Positions 9,912-17,540 of a stretch of 40,451 nucleotides of DNA are shown here, piece after piece. A program made the translations under genes and the position numbers. Below the pieces are notes generated by a model that was not told the DNA's origin, did no database searches, and saw only the letters and a list, made by a program, of their open reading frames with translations. Numbering within the stretch: the first letter of the stretch is position 1; every line of letters starts with the position of its first letter. Source of the DNA: Abditibacteriaceae bacterium (GTDB taxonomy: Bacteria; Armatimonadota; Abditibacteriia; Abditibacteriales; Abditibacteriaceae); contig JANPJS010000119.1 of assembly GCA_031425655.1 (NCBI GenBank), forward strand, positions 1-40,451, read 5' to 3'.

Positions 9912-10340
9912 TCAATGAATGAAAATTCCGACCACTTTATCGTCGCGCAGGCTGATTTCGCCCAACACGTCGCGCCCGCCATCTTTGAACGATAATTTCC
10001 ACAGATAAATCGTGTAAGGCGACTTTTTCATGTCGCCGAAGTAGATGACGTTGTAGCCTTTTTCCAAGCGCGCGGCGGTAATCTCCACCATGCGCGTGAA
10101 TTTCTCTTTGGTGAGATCGGTTTTGAACTCGTCATCGCCGATGCGCAGGAAATTTGCGTAATCGTCGGCCTCAATGGCCGTTAAAAGCCCCAAAATGGCG
10201 TCTTGAACCGGCTTTTCCGGCAATTTGCCCGGCGCCATTTCAAATTGCGGCGGCGTCCTGACTGTCAGCGGCGGCTGTGCCAAAACGAACGTGGAAACGG
10301 CCACGCCTGCGGAAACAAATGCCAACGCGAACTTTTTCAT
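9912..10340 (-). CDS. Small secreted hypothetical protein (paralog of the adjacent gene)
   Basis: GGAG RBS, signal peptide, shares EADDYANF..DEFKT..RLEKGY..WK..F.D.G with 10359-10814. Confidence 0.8.
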   Translation of the reverse strand: MKKFALAFVSAGVAVSTFVLAQPPLTVRTPPQFEMAPGKLPEKPVQDAILGLLTAIEADDYANFLRIGDDEFKTDLTKEKFTRMVEITAARLEKGYNVIYFGDMKKSPYTIYLWKLSFKDGGRDVLGEISLRDDKVVGIFIH

Positions 10341-10358
10341 GCTCGGCTCCTGCGAGGT

Positions 10359-10814
10359 TTAACTGAGGAAAAGCCCCGCGACTTTTTCGGCGGCTTGATC
10401 TTCGTCCGGCACGCTTTTGATGCTCAAAGTGGCTAAAACCTCGTCTCCGGCATCACGAAACATGATTTTCCAGACGTAGGTTTTGAAACCGCCTTTGCGA
10501 ATCTGGCCCATGTAAGCCAAATCGTAGCCTTTTTCCAAACGCGGCCCTATCGAGGCCGTCACGGTCGCAAATAATTTTTTGGGTAAAGCGGTTTTAAATT
10601 CATCCGTGATAGCGCGCGTGAAATTGGCGTAGTCGTCGGCTTCGATAGCCTCGAATAGCGCAATCAATTTGTCCTGCATGGCTTTGGAAGGCAATTCGGT
10701 GGCGGCCAACTCAATCTTCGGCGGCTTGGCCGCCGGCGCGATGGGCGGCTGCGCGAAGACCAGCGAACACAGGGCAACAGCGCCCACGGCAAAAACTGGT
10801 GCAAAGTTTTTCAT
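10359..10814 (-). CDS. Small secreted hypothetical protein (paralog of the adjacent gene)
   Basis: Start reassigned to MKNFAPVFAVGAVALC (AAGGA RBS) because the longer ORF overlaps yoeB; aligns end to end with 9912-10340. Confidence 0.8.
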   Translation of the reverse strand: MKNFAPVFAVGAVALCSLVFAQPPIAPAAKPPKIELAATELPSKAMQDKLIALFEAIEADDYANFTRAITDEFKTALPKKLFATVTASIGPRLEKGYDLAYMGQIRKGGFKTYVWKIMFRDAGDEVLATLSIKSVPDEDQAAEKVAGLFLS

Positions 10815-10857
10815 GATTTTCCTTTTCAGCGACGACGCATGTGCGTTCAATAATGGT

Positions 10858-11127
10858 TCAATAGTGATAGCGGCACGCCAGAATCCTGATTTTATCCTCG
10901 AAAACCTGATATACGAGCCGATGTTCCTGATCAATCCGCTTTGACCAGCAACCAGCCAATTCATGTTTGAGCGGCTCTGGCTTGCCAATGCCACCAAACG
11001 GATTTTCTTGTGTTTCTTGTATCAACCGAATAAGACGCAACGCCTTCTTTCGGTCGTTTTGCACCCACCACGCCAAATCTTCAAAACCGGATGGGTCAAA
11101 TTCCAAGCTGCGCGCGGGCGTCTTCAA
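10858..11127 (-). CDS. yoeB: Txe/YoeB family addiction module toxin
   Basis: FEDLAWW...PFGGIGKPEPLKHELAGCWSKRIDQEHRLVY...ACRYHY; AGGAG RBS 6 nt before TTG. Confidence 0.93.
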   Translation of the reverse strand: MKTPARSLEFDPSGFEDLAWWVQNDRKKALRLIRLIQETQENPFGGIGKPEPLKHELAGCWSKRIDQEHRLVYQVFEDKIRILACRYHY

Positions 11128-11302
11128 GCGAAACTCCTTCCGTTCGGTTTTTCGCTTCCAGAAGGCGCTTTTTCATGGTCTCGCTTTTCAATAAGTAGGC
11201 TGTTTCTCTTTCGGATGCGATTTCGCGCCAGAGTTCGATGGGCACAATGACGCTCACAGCATGGCCTTCTTCATCCGACACATATTGAACTTGTGCAGTC
11301 AT
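11096..11302 (-). CDS. YefM-like antitoxin
   Basis: Immediately upstream of and overlapping yoeB; ETAYLLKS..M..RL motif typical of the YefM C-terminus; GGAG RBS. Confidence 0.8.
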   Translation of the reverse strand: MTAQVQYVSDEEGHAVSVIVPIELWREIASERETAYLLKSETMKKRLLEAKNRTEGVSLEDARAQLGI

Positions 11303-11431
11303 TTTTATCTCCATAATCATGTTGGATTTTATCAAATATCCGCTCACAGGCGGCCAACCGACGCAGCGGCCCAGCGATGAAATCAGACAACAAGTCGGCG
11401 CGTGAAGCGGCGTTATCGCGGCTCCGAAGAT

Positions 11432-11475
11432 AAAAAACGCCCCGCCATCTTTCGAGAGCGGGGCGCTTTTGGCTT
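11432..11475. terminator. Bidirectional terminator-like hairpin (copy 1)
   Basis: AAAAAACGCCCCGC...GCGGGGCGCTTTT. Confidence 0.8.
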
Positions 11476-11515
11476 CCGGTTTAGCGACGAAGAGTTTTGG
11501 TTACTCGTCGCGGCT

Positions 11516-12010
11516 TCATTGCGCGTTGGACAAAAAAAGCGTTTCGAGAGATGAATACTGCTCGCGCGTGATTTGTTTCAAGCCAGAGTGGTGAGCGCCA
11601 AAGCCACGAAAAACGTATTTCGGGCTGTAACCAAGAACGCGATTGACTTGCACCAGAGGAACGTCGCCTCTTTCCAGCAGCGTCAGAGGAGCGTGCCAGC
11701 ACCACCAACGCTGACTGCCATCGCCATACTCAAACTTCTCGAACGACTTGTCCTGCGCGAAAGGCCCGGTCGCTTTCGCTACCGCTACAATTCCCTGACG
11801 GCCTATCGCAGATGAAACTTCGCGCTTGATTCCGCTCGCGCTTGCAAGGCGTCTGGCGGGGCCGTATTTGGTTTCGTAGACAAGAACATGGTCGCCGGCA
11901 GCTAACTCGGCGCCGACTGACTCTTTGCCATCCTGTAGCCAAACGCGCAAAGGGTATTGCACGCTTGCATCTTCTAATCTGGGCCAATGAACCGTAAGCC
12001 AATATCTCAT
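11516..12010 (-). CDS. Standalone EVE-like (PUA fold) domain protein
   Basis: MRYWL start, GDHVLVY, GIVAVAKATG, C-terminal SGLKQITREQY match the EVE pattern. Confidence 0.65.
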   Translation of the reverse strand: MRYWLTVHWPRLEDASVQYPLRVWLQDGKESVGAELAAGDHVLVYETKYGPARRLASASGIKREVSSAIGRQGIVAVAKATGPFAQDKSFEKFEYGDGSQRWWCWHAPLTLLERGDVPLVQVNRVLGYSPKYVFRGFGAHHSGLKQITREQYSSLETLFLSNAQ

Positions 12011-12090
12011 TTTTTTCCTCTTGCAGGGTTGCTTTGCAAGTTATTATACGGCAGACCCTCGAAACTTAAACAGGAGACTCAGCCAAAAAT

Positions 12091-12133
12091 AAAAGCGCCC
12101 CGTCATCTTGCGATAGCGGGGCGCTTTTTGCTT
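12091..12133. terminator. Bidirectional terminator of rplI (copy 2)
   Basis: AAAAGCGCCCCG...CGGGGCGCTTTTT directly after the rplI stop. Confidence 0.85.
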
Positions 12134-12143
12134 GCGATTGAGC

Positions 12144-12656
12144 TTACGCGGCGACTTCGGCGGGTTCGGCTTCTGCCGGAGCTTCGGCGGGGGCCGGAGC
12201 GGGCAACTGCGACAAGTCGCCGACTTGCACCGACACTTCGATTTTCACGTCGCGGTGCAAGTGAACCGGGACGGTGTGAACGCCGGCCATGCGAATCGGA
12301 TCGGCAAGAATGACCTGCCGACGCTCCACGACGACGCCGAATTGCGCGGTGAGAGCCTCGGCGATGTCGGCGTTGGAAATCGAGCCGTAAAGGCGGCCTT
12401 CCTTGCCGGTATTGGCTTCCATGACCAGCGTTTTGCCGCCGACTTTATCGGCTTCCTGCTGCGCGGCGCCTTTCAAGCGGTTTTGGCGGCGGTCTTCAAC
12501 CTTTTTCATGTTGTCGAGATTCGCCATCGCGCTGCGGTTGGCGCTGATCGCCAAACCACGCGGCATCAGATAATTGCTGGCATAACCGTTGGCAACGTCC
12601 ACGACTTCATGCGTGCTGCCCAAATTTTCTACGTCTTGTGTCAAGATAACTTTCAT
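12144..12656 (-). CDS. rplI: 50S ribosomal protein L9
   Basis: MKVILTQDVENLG..VVDVANGYASNYLMPRGLA, GRLYGSI; GAGG RBS before ATG 12656. Confidence 0.96.
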   Translation of the reverse strand: MKVILTQDVENLGSTHEVVDVANGYASNYLMPRGLAISANRSAMANLDNMKKVEDRRQNRLKGAAQQEADKVGGKTLVMEANTGKEGRLYGSISNADIAEALTAQFGVVVERRQVILADPIRMAGVHTVPVHLHRDVKIEVSVQVGDLSQLPAPAPAEAPAEAEPAEVAA

Positions 12657-12666
12657 TTCGTCCTCG

Positions 12667-12764
12667 TTGGGTTCTGGGTTTTGGGTTCTGGGTTCTGGTG
12701 AACCGGCGTCGGTTTTCGGCTCGTGGCACTGCACCCCAGCACCCAATACCTAACACCCAGCACC
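12667..12764. repeat. Heptamer tandem-repeat element (GGGTTCT)n ... (CACCCAG)n
   Basis: Four GGGTT[CT]T units and ~4 CACCCAG-like units in the mlaD-rplI spacer. Confidence 0.75.
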
Positions 12765-12774
12765 TCTCGAAAAA

Positions 12775-14688
12775 TCAGGGCCGTAGTCTAACACCCAATG
12801 CAGTCGCGCGCACGCCCCGAATGCTTTCGCGCCCGACGAACGCCTCGATTTTCGGCGTGAGGCGCAAGCCGACAAGGGCGTTATACGAACGATTATTCAA
12901 ATTCCAAGCGTTGCTTTCGGCGAAAAAGCGGCCTTTGCGCAGTTCTACGCCGGCGCCCAATTGCGAGCGGTAAATGCCGTAGCGCAGCGCCACGCCTTTG
13001 CCGAAGTAGCGCCCGGTTTGCAGCGTGAGATCGGTGCCTTCGCCGACGTTGGCCACGCCAAGTCGCAGTGGGCCGCCAAAAAGCGTGGCATCAAGGCCCA
13101 AATCGCCGTAATGACTGCCCGCAACGTCGCGGTTCACGCGCGGCGCGCCGCCAAAGCCCGACAGATTGCGATAGGTGAAATACGTGCCGGACGGAAACGC
13201 GGCGCCCAAGTCGGCACCGGCTTTGGCGTTCTTATTCGGCGCGGCGCCGGGCGTGCCATCGGGCGTGCCGTCCGGCTTTTGCGCTTTTTTGCGCCGAACG
13301 GGAATGAACGCCGCAGCGCGGTCGGCCAACACTTGAAATGATTGCGCGGTGCCGCGCGTGGCGGCAAGCGTGCTTTTCAATTCGCCGGGCAAGGTTTTCA
13401 AATCGTTTTGAAATGCAGGATCGCCGACCACGTTTTTGAAGCCCGCGCTGGCGTCTTTGAGGTTATCCGACGTGGCGGCCAACGAAGTTGAGGCTTGGTT
13501 TATCGTCGCCAGAGTCGTTTTCAGTTGCTTTTGCGTGTCGGGATCGGTGACCGTCGTTTTGATGGCGGCGGCGGTTTCTTTCAGCGAACCGGTCGTCGCG
13601 CTGAGCGATGCAATGGCGTCTTTGAGATTCTTTTGCGTTTCGGCGTCGGCTAAGTTTTTGAGTCCGGCGCTGGCGGCTTCGATGTTTTCGACGGCTTTGC
13701 GCGCGGCGGTTAACGTAGCTTTGATGTCGTTGGGCGAATTCGGATCGCCGGTTGTGCTTTTCAAGTGCGCCGTAATGGATTCCACGTTTTCGGCGGCTTT
13801 GCGCGTGGCGGTTAACGTCGCGTTGAGGTTTTCCCGCAGACCGCCGTTTTTCACCAAAAACGATACGCTTTGTGCCAATCCGCCGACTTCAGCAGCGGTT
13901 TTGTTGAGGCTGGTCAGCAGCGTGCCGACTTGCTCTTTGTTCGAGCCGACTACGCCGCGCAGGTCTTTGACCATGAGGCGCACGTCAGCGGCGGCTAAAT
14001 TCGCTTGCTGCGCCGTTTGCGCCGCGCCGCGCAACGCGTCGTTGAGATTTTGCTGCGCTCGCGGGTCGCCTAAACCGACTTTGACGCCTTGCGGGCCGAA
14101 ACTTTGGCCGGCGCGTTCGGTCAGGCGCGCCGCGCCTTCGAGAGCGCGGGCCAGCTTCATTTGATTATTGTAAGACAGCACGCCGTTGTTGATGCGATCT
14201 ACGGTCGTGTTGAATTTGCCCATGGTGCCGCGCATATCAGCGATAAGCTGCGTGGCCTGATCGGTCACGCCGGTCAATGGCGCGTTGGCCGTAACTGGAA
14301 TAATCACGGAGCCGTCGTTTGGTTCAAAGGCCGGTGCGGCGGATTTAAAAGGCCCGCGAATGTCCACGTAGTTTTCGCCGATCAGCGAACTGGACTGCAC
14401 CGTGTAACGATAGGATTTGAGCAAACTCAAGGGCGCGCCACCACGCTTGACGGCGATGGTCAGAATCGGCTTTTGCTCTTCGTTGAGTTCCACTTCCTGC
14501 ACCTGACCGATTTTCACGCCTTGCAGACGCACTTCGTTACCTTCAACAATACTCGTGGCGCCAACCAGACGCATATAGTATTTGTCCGACGACAGCCCCA
14601 GGCCGCGCAGATAAAAATAGCCCACCGCCATCAAGGCCAGGGCAATCACAACGACCATTCCAACACGAGCTTCGTTTGCAACCTTCAT
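12775..14688 (-). CDS. mlaD: Long MlaD/MCE family protein with helical stalk and C-terminal beta-rich domain
   Basis: EARVG + TM helix, GNEVRLQGVKIGQV, SLIGENYVDI; located in an mlaE-mlaF operon. Confidence 0.88.
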   Translation of the reverse strand: MKVANEARVGMVVVIALALMAVGYFYLRGLGLSSDKYYMRLVGATSIVEGNEVRLQGVKIGQVQEVELNEEQKPILTIAVKRGGAPLSLLKSYRYTVQSSSLIGENYVDIRGPFKSAAPAFEPNDGSVIIPVTANAPLTGVTDQATQLIADMRGTMGKFNTTVDRINNGVLSYNNQMKLARALEGAARLTERAGQSFGPQGVKVGLGDPRAQQNLNDALRGAAQTAQQANLAAADVRLMVKDLRGVVGSNKEQVGTLLTSLNKTAAEVGGLAQSVSFLVKNGGLRENLNATLTATRKAAENVESITAHLKSTTGDPNSPNDIKATLTAARKAVENIEAASAGLKNLADAETQKNLKDAIASLSATTGSLKETAAAIKTTVTDPDTQKQLKTTLATINQASTSLAATSDNLKDASAGFKNVVGDPAFQNDLKTLPGELKSTLAATRGTAQSFQVLADRAAAFIPVRRKKAQKPDGTPDGTPGAAPNKNAKAGADLGAAFPSGTYFTYRNLSGFGGAPRVNRDVAGSHYGDLGLDATLFGGPLRLGVANVGEGTDLTLQTGRYFGKGVALRYGIYRSQLGAGVELRKGRFFAESNAWNLNNRSYNALVGLRLTPKIEAFVGRESIRGVRATALGVRLRP

Positions 14689-14699
14689 AAAGTCTCCAA

Positions 14700-14766
14700 T
14701 TTTGAGTTTTGAGTTTTGAGTTTTGAATTAAATACAACTCAAAACTCAAAACTTAAAACTCAAAAC
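14700..14766. repeat. (TTTTGAG)n-(CTCAAAA)n heptamer hairpin
   Basis: Direct reading; same family at 20627, 31219, 31563, 36263. Confidence 0.9.
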
Positions 14767-15563
14767 TATCTTACGGTTATCGGCCCTTCGGCCTTGCCTT
14801 CGAGAAACTGACGCACCACGGCATCTTCGCTGGCCTGCACTTCTTTGGGCGTGCCTTCGGCGACGATTTTGGCGCCGTGCAGCATCATAACGTGGTCGCT
14901 GATGCGTAAAATGGAATCCAAATGATGCGAAACGACCACGTTGGTTGTGCCGGCGCGGTCGCGCAGGTTCACGATGAGATTATCAATCACGCGCGCCATC
15001 ACCGGATCAAGGCCGCTGGTCGGCTCGTCGTAAAGCACGATTTTCGGATTCGTCGCCAAAGCGCGTGCCATCGCCGCGCGCTTGCGCATTCCGCCCGAAA
15101 GCTCCGACGGCAATTTATCTTCGATGCCTTCGAGTCCGACTTCAGTCAGGCGCGCAGCCACGACTTCTTTCACTTCGCGCGCCGGGCGCCGTTGCTGCGC
15201 CAAGCCAAATCCGACGTTTTCGCCCACGCTGAGCGAATCGAAAAGCGCGCCGTATTGAAAAACGAAACCCATCTGACGGCGCACTTCGTTGAGTTCGCGC
15301 TCTTTAAACGACACGATGTCCTGCCCATCAATCAACACCTCGCCACTTTCGGGCTTGAGCAAACCGGCCATCAAGCGCAGCAGCGTGGTTTTTCCCGTTC
15401 CCGATACGCCCATGATGCAGGTTATGCTGCGTTCCGGCACCTCGAAAGACACGTCATCGAGAATCATGCGCCGCGTGAGCCTTTCATCAAAAGGCGTCGC
15501 GGGGTCATCTTCGAGACCGGCGGGAACGGAATAGGTGACGTGGCGAAACTCAACAGCGGGCAT
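14766..15563 (-). CDS. mlaF: MlaF-type ABC transporter ATP-binding protein
   Basis: GVSGTGKT, FQYGALFDSL, PSELSGGMRKR, YDEPTSGLDP, VVRQFLEG..GP. Confidence 0.92.
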   Translation of the reverse strand: MPAVEFRHVTYSVPAGLEDDPATPFDERLTRRMILDDVSFEVPERSITCIMGVSGTGKTTLLRLMAGLLKPESGEVLIDGQDIVSFKERELNEVRRQMGFVFQYGALFDSLSVGENVGFGLAQQRRPAREVKEVVAARLTEVGLEGIEDKLPSELSGGMRKRAAMARALATNPKIVLYDEPTSGLDPVMARVIDNLIVNLRDRAGTTNVVVSHHLDSILRISDHVMMLHGAKIVAEGTPKEVQASEDAVVRQFLEGKAEGPITVR

Positions 15564-15576
15564 AGAGAAATGGCTT

Positions 15577-16374
15577 TCAGCCAGAGAAGCGCAGCGAAAC
15601 GTCCTGCAAAATCGAAGACAAGAAAAAGTCCGTAATATAAACGGCGATCATCGCAAAAACCACGGCGGAGGTCGTCGCTTTGCCCACGCCCTGCGCGCCG
15701 CCCGTAGTTGACAAGCCTTGATGGCAGCCGATTAAAGCAATCAAAAGCGCGAAGGGAATGGTTTTCACCAATCCGTTCAGTTGATCGCCGACGTAAGTGT
15801 AGCTTTGAAACGAAACCATAAACTGCGTGGCCGAAACGCCATTGGCCGTCGAAGCTAAGTAACCGCCCAGAAGCCCGGCGGCGTTGGCGATGACCGTAAT
15901 CAGCGGCAGCATGATTACGCTGGCTAACACGCGCGGCACCACCAGATATTGCGTCGGACTGGTGGCTAAAGCGCGCAAGGCATCCACTTGCTCGGTAACG
16001 ACCATTGAACCCAGTTCCGCAGCCATCGCCGAGCCGGAACGCGCCGCAACGACAATAGCCGTAATCACCGGCGCGATTTCCAGCGCCAGACTTTTGCCGA
16101 CCACGCCGCCGATTAAGCCCGGCTGTCCGTATTTCACAAGCTGAATCGAAATATAAAGCGCCGTCACAGCGCCGGAAAAGCCGACGGTGATGATCGCCAC
16201 CATCAGCGAGCCGACGCCGATTTCGGCCATCTGGCGCACGGTATGCCGATACGACACCGCGCCGCGCGCCACGAACATAATCGTCTCGACTAAAAGCGTG
16301 GTGAGCGCGCCCAGAAAGACGAGAACTTCTTGGATCAGCAATTGATAAGAGGAAAGCGTTTGGCGCTGCGGCAT
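15577..16374 (-). CDS. mlaE: MlaE family ABC transporter permease
   Basis: EIAPVITAIVVAARSGSAMAAELGSMVVTEQVDAL, YLVVPR, GGAQGVGKATTSAVV. Confidence 0.93.
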   Translation of the reverse strand: MPQRQTLSSYQLLIQEVLVFLGALTTLLVETIMFVARGAVSYRHTVRQMAEIGVGSLMVAIITVGFSGAVTALYISIQLVKYGQPGLIGGVVGKSLALEIAPVITAIVVAARSGSAMAAELGSMVVTEQVDALRALATSPTQYLVVPRVLASVIMLPLITVIANAAGLLGGYLASTANGVSATQFMVSFQSYTYVGDQLNGLVKTIPFALLIALIGCHQGLSTTGGAQGVGKATTSAVVFAMIAVYITDFFLSSILQDVSLRFSG

Positions 16375-16498
16375 GGCGTTATTCTATACGAAAGCGTGCG
16401 TCTAAGTTCAAATCAGATGCCGCCGTGCTGATAAACCGGCAAATGAGGCAAAATAGTGTTGAATAGTCGTGCCGAATTAAATTCATTGGAAATGCACT

Positions 16499-16849
16499 AT
16501 GTCCTCCGAATCTTTGCCGCCTTCCGATGATTCGGCTGAAAACGATTCGCCGCTTCCGCCACCTCACGTCCCGATTTATCTCGTTACCGACGAGACTGAC
16601 GAGGAGCGCCGCCGCGAAGCAGCGCCGCTACCCGATGCGCCGGACGGCCCATTCTGGGAAATTTCGCGCGACGAAGTTTCCGACGATGTGCCGCAGGACG
16701 ACGAGCAGCCGGACACGGCGCCGGTGCCAATTCCGCCTGCTGTATCGCCCAAAACAGCGTGGATACCGAAGATTCTCATCGGCGTGGCGCTTTTGATGCG
16801 CCTAAATACCTTTTTAGCGCATCCATATTGCGCTGCAAAGGCTTTATAA
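16499..16849 (+). CDS. Acidic Pro-rich hypothetical protein, probably the 5' part of a gene interrupted at ~16800
   Basis: Host-like codon usage up to GVALLMR, then abrupt AT-rich sequence right after the 17-bp repeat. Confidence 0.55.
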   Translation: MSSESLPPSDDSAENDSPLPPPHVPIYLVTDETDEERRREAAPLPDAPDGPFWEISRDEVSDDVPQDDEQPDTAPVPIPPAVSPKTAWIPKILIGVALLMRLNTFLAHPYCAAKAL

Positions 16850-16903
16850 AAGATTTATAGAACTATTTCAGCGGCGCATTTGTCTTTTTCGCCCATGCTA
16901 ACA

Positions 16904-17539
16904 ATGGCTTTAAATCGCGGTTTCCCCTCTGTCGGTCGCCCTCGTAAAGAGGGCGAAATTTTAAGCGTTGAACGCCCTATAAAATGGGCGCCTTCAATAT
17001 ACGAGCGCATGACTGAAATCAGCCGGGAAAGCGGCGTTTCAATTTCGGAGTTTGTGCGCCGCGCGGTAGCGGAGAAGTTGGACGCAAAAAATGTCATCAT
17101 TTCCGACGACCCCGGCCTCAATACGGTGCGCGTTCCCGCTTTAGCCACGGCGCCGTGCGGCCCGTTCCGCGAAGCAATTGCCGAGTCGGATTCTTTCGTC
17201 ACGCTTTCGCCGGACGTGGCGGCAGAGTTGTGGTTTGCGGACGGCGATTGCTTTGTCACGGCGCGCGGCGACTCGATGCGAAGCGCGGGAATCATTGACG
17301 GCCAGCGCGTTCTCATGACGCCGCTCGGCGCGCATCAAACACCACGCCGGGGTGATATTGTTTTGGTGCAAATTACCCGCGACGGCGAGGTTTGCGAAGC
17401 GACGATAAAACGATGGGATGGCATGGACGGCGCCTTGCCGCGTCTGCTCGACGGCGAAGATAAGCCGGTCAAGCTGCCCACTAAAACTGAAAAAGTTGTC
17501 GCGGTGGCGATTGGAAAAAGTGTGATGGGAAGGCTTTAA
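16904..17539 (+). CDS. LexA/CI-like repressor: ribbon-helix-helix N-domain fused to S24 autopeptidase (start uncertain: 16880, 16895 or 16904)
   Basis: IKWAPSIYERMTEISRESGVSISEFVRRAVAEKL (RHH pattern); VPALATAPCGP cleavage loop; GDSM catalytic Ser; TIKR catalytic Lys. Confidence 0.85.
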   Translation: MALNRGFPSVGRPRKEGEILSVERPIKWAPSIYERMTEISRESGVSISEFVRRAVAEKLDAKNVIISDDPGLNTVRVPALATAPCGPFREAIAESDSFVTLSPDVAAELWFADGDCFVTARGDSMRSAGIIDGQRVLMTPLGAHQTPRRGDIVLVQITRDGEVCEATIKRWDGMDGALPRLLDGEDKPVKLPTKTEKVVAVAIGKSVMGRL

Positions 17540-17540
17540 G

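Noticed and set aside
10815..10997. N-terminal extension of ORF 10359..10997
   Set aside because: Overlaps yoeB in another frame; the signal peptide, RBS and paralog alignment all point to ATG 10814
9700..12143. Integron cassette array
   Set aside because: No intI and no convincing attC (RYYYAAC...GTTRRRY) boundaries found by eye
12657..12746. N-terminal extension of L9 (PEPRTQNPEP)
   Set aside because: It is the translated heptamer repeat; the canonical MKVIL start has its own RBS
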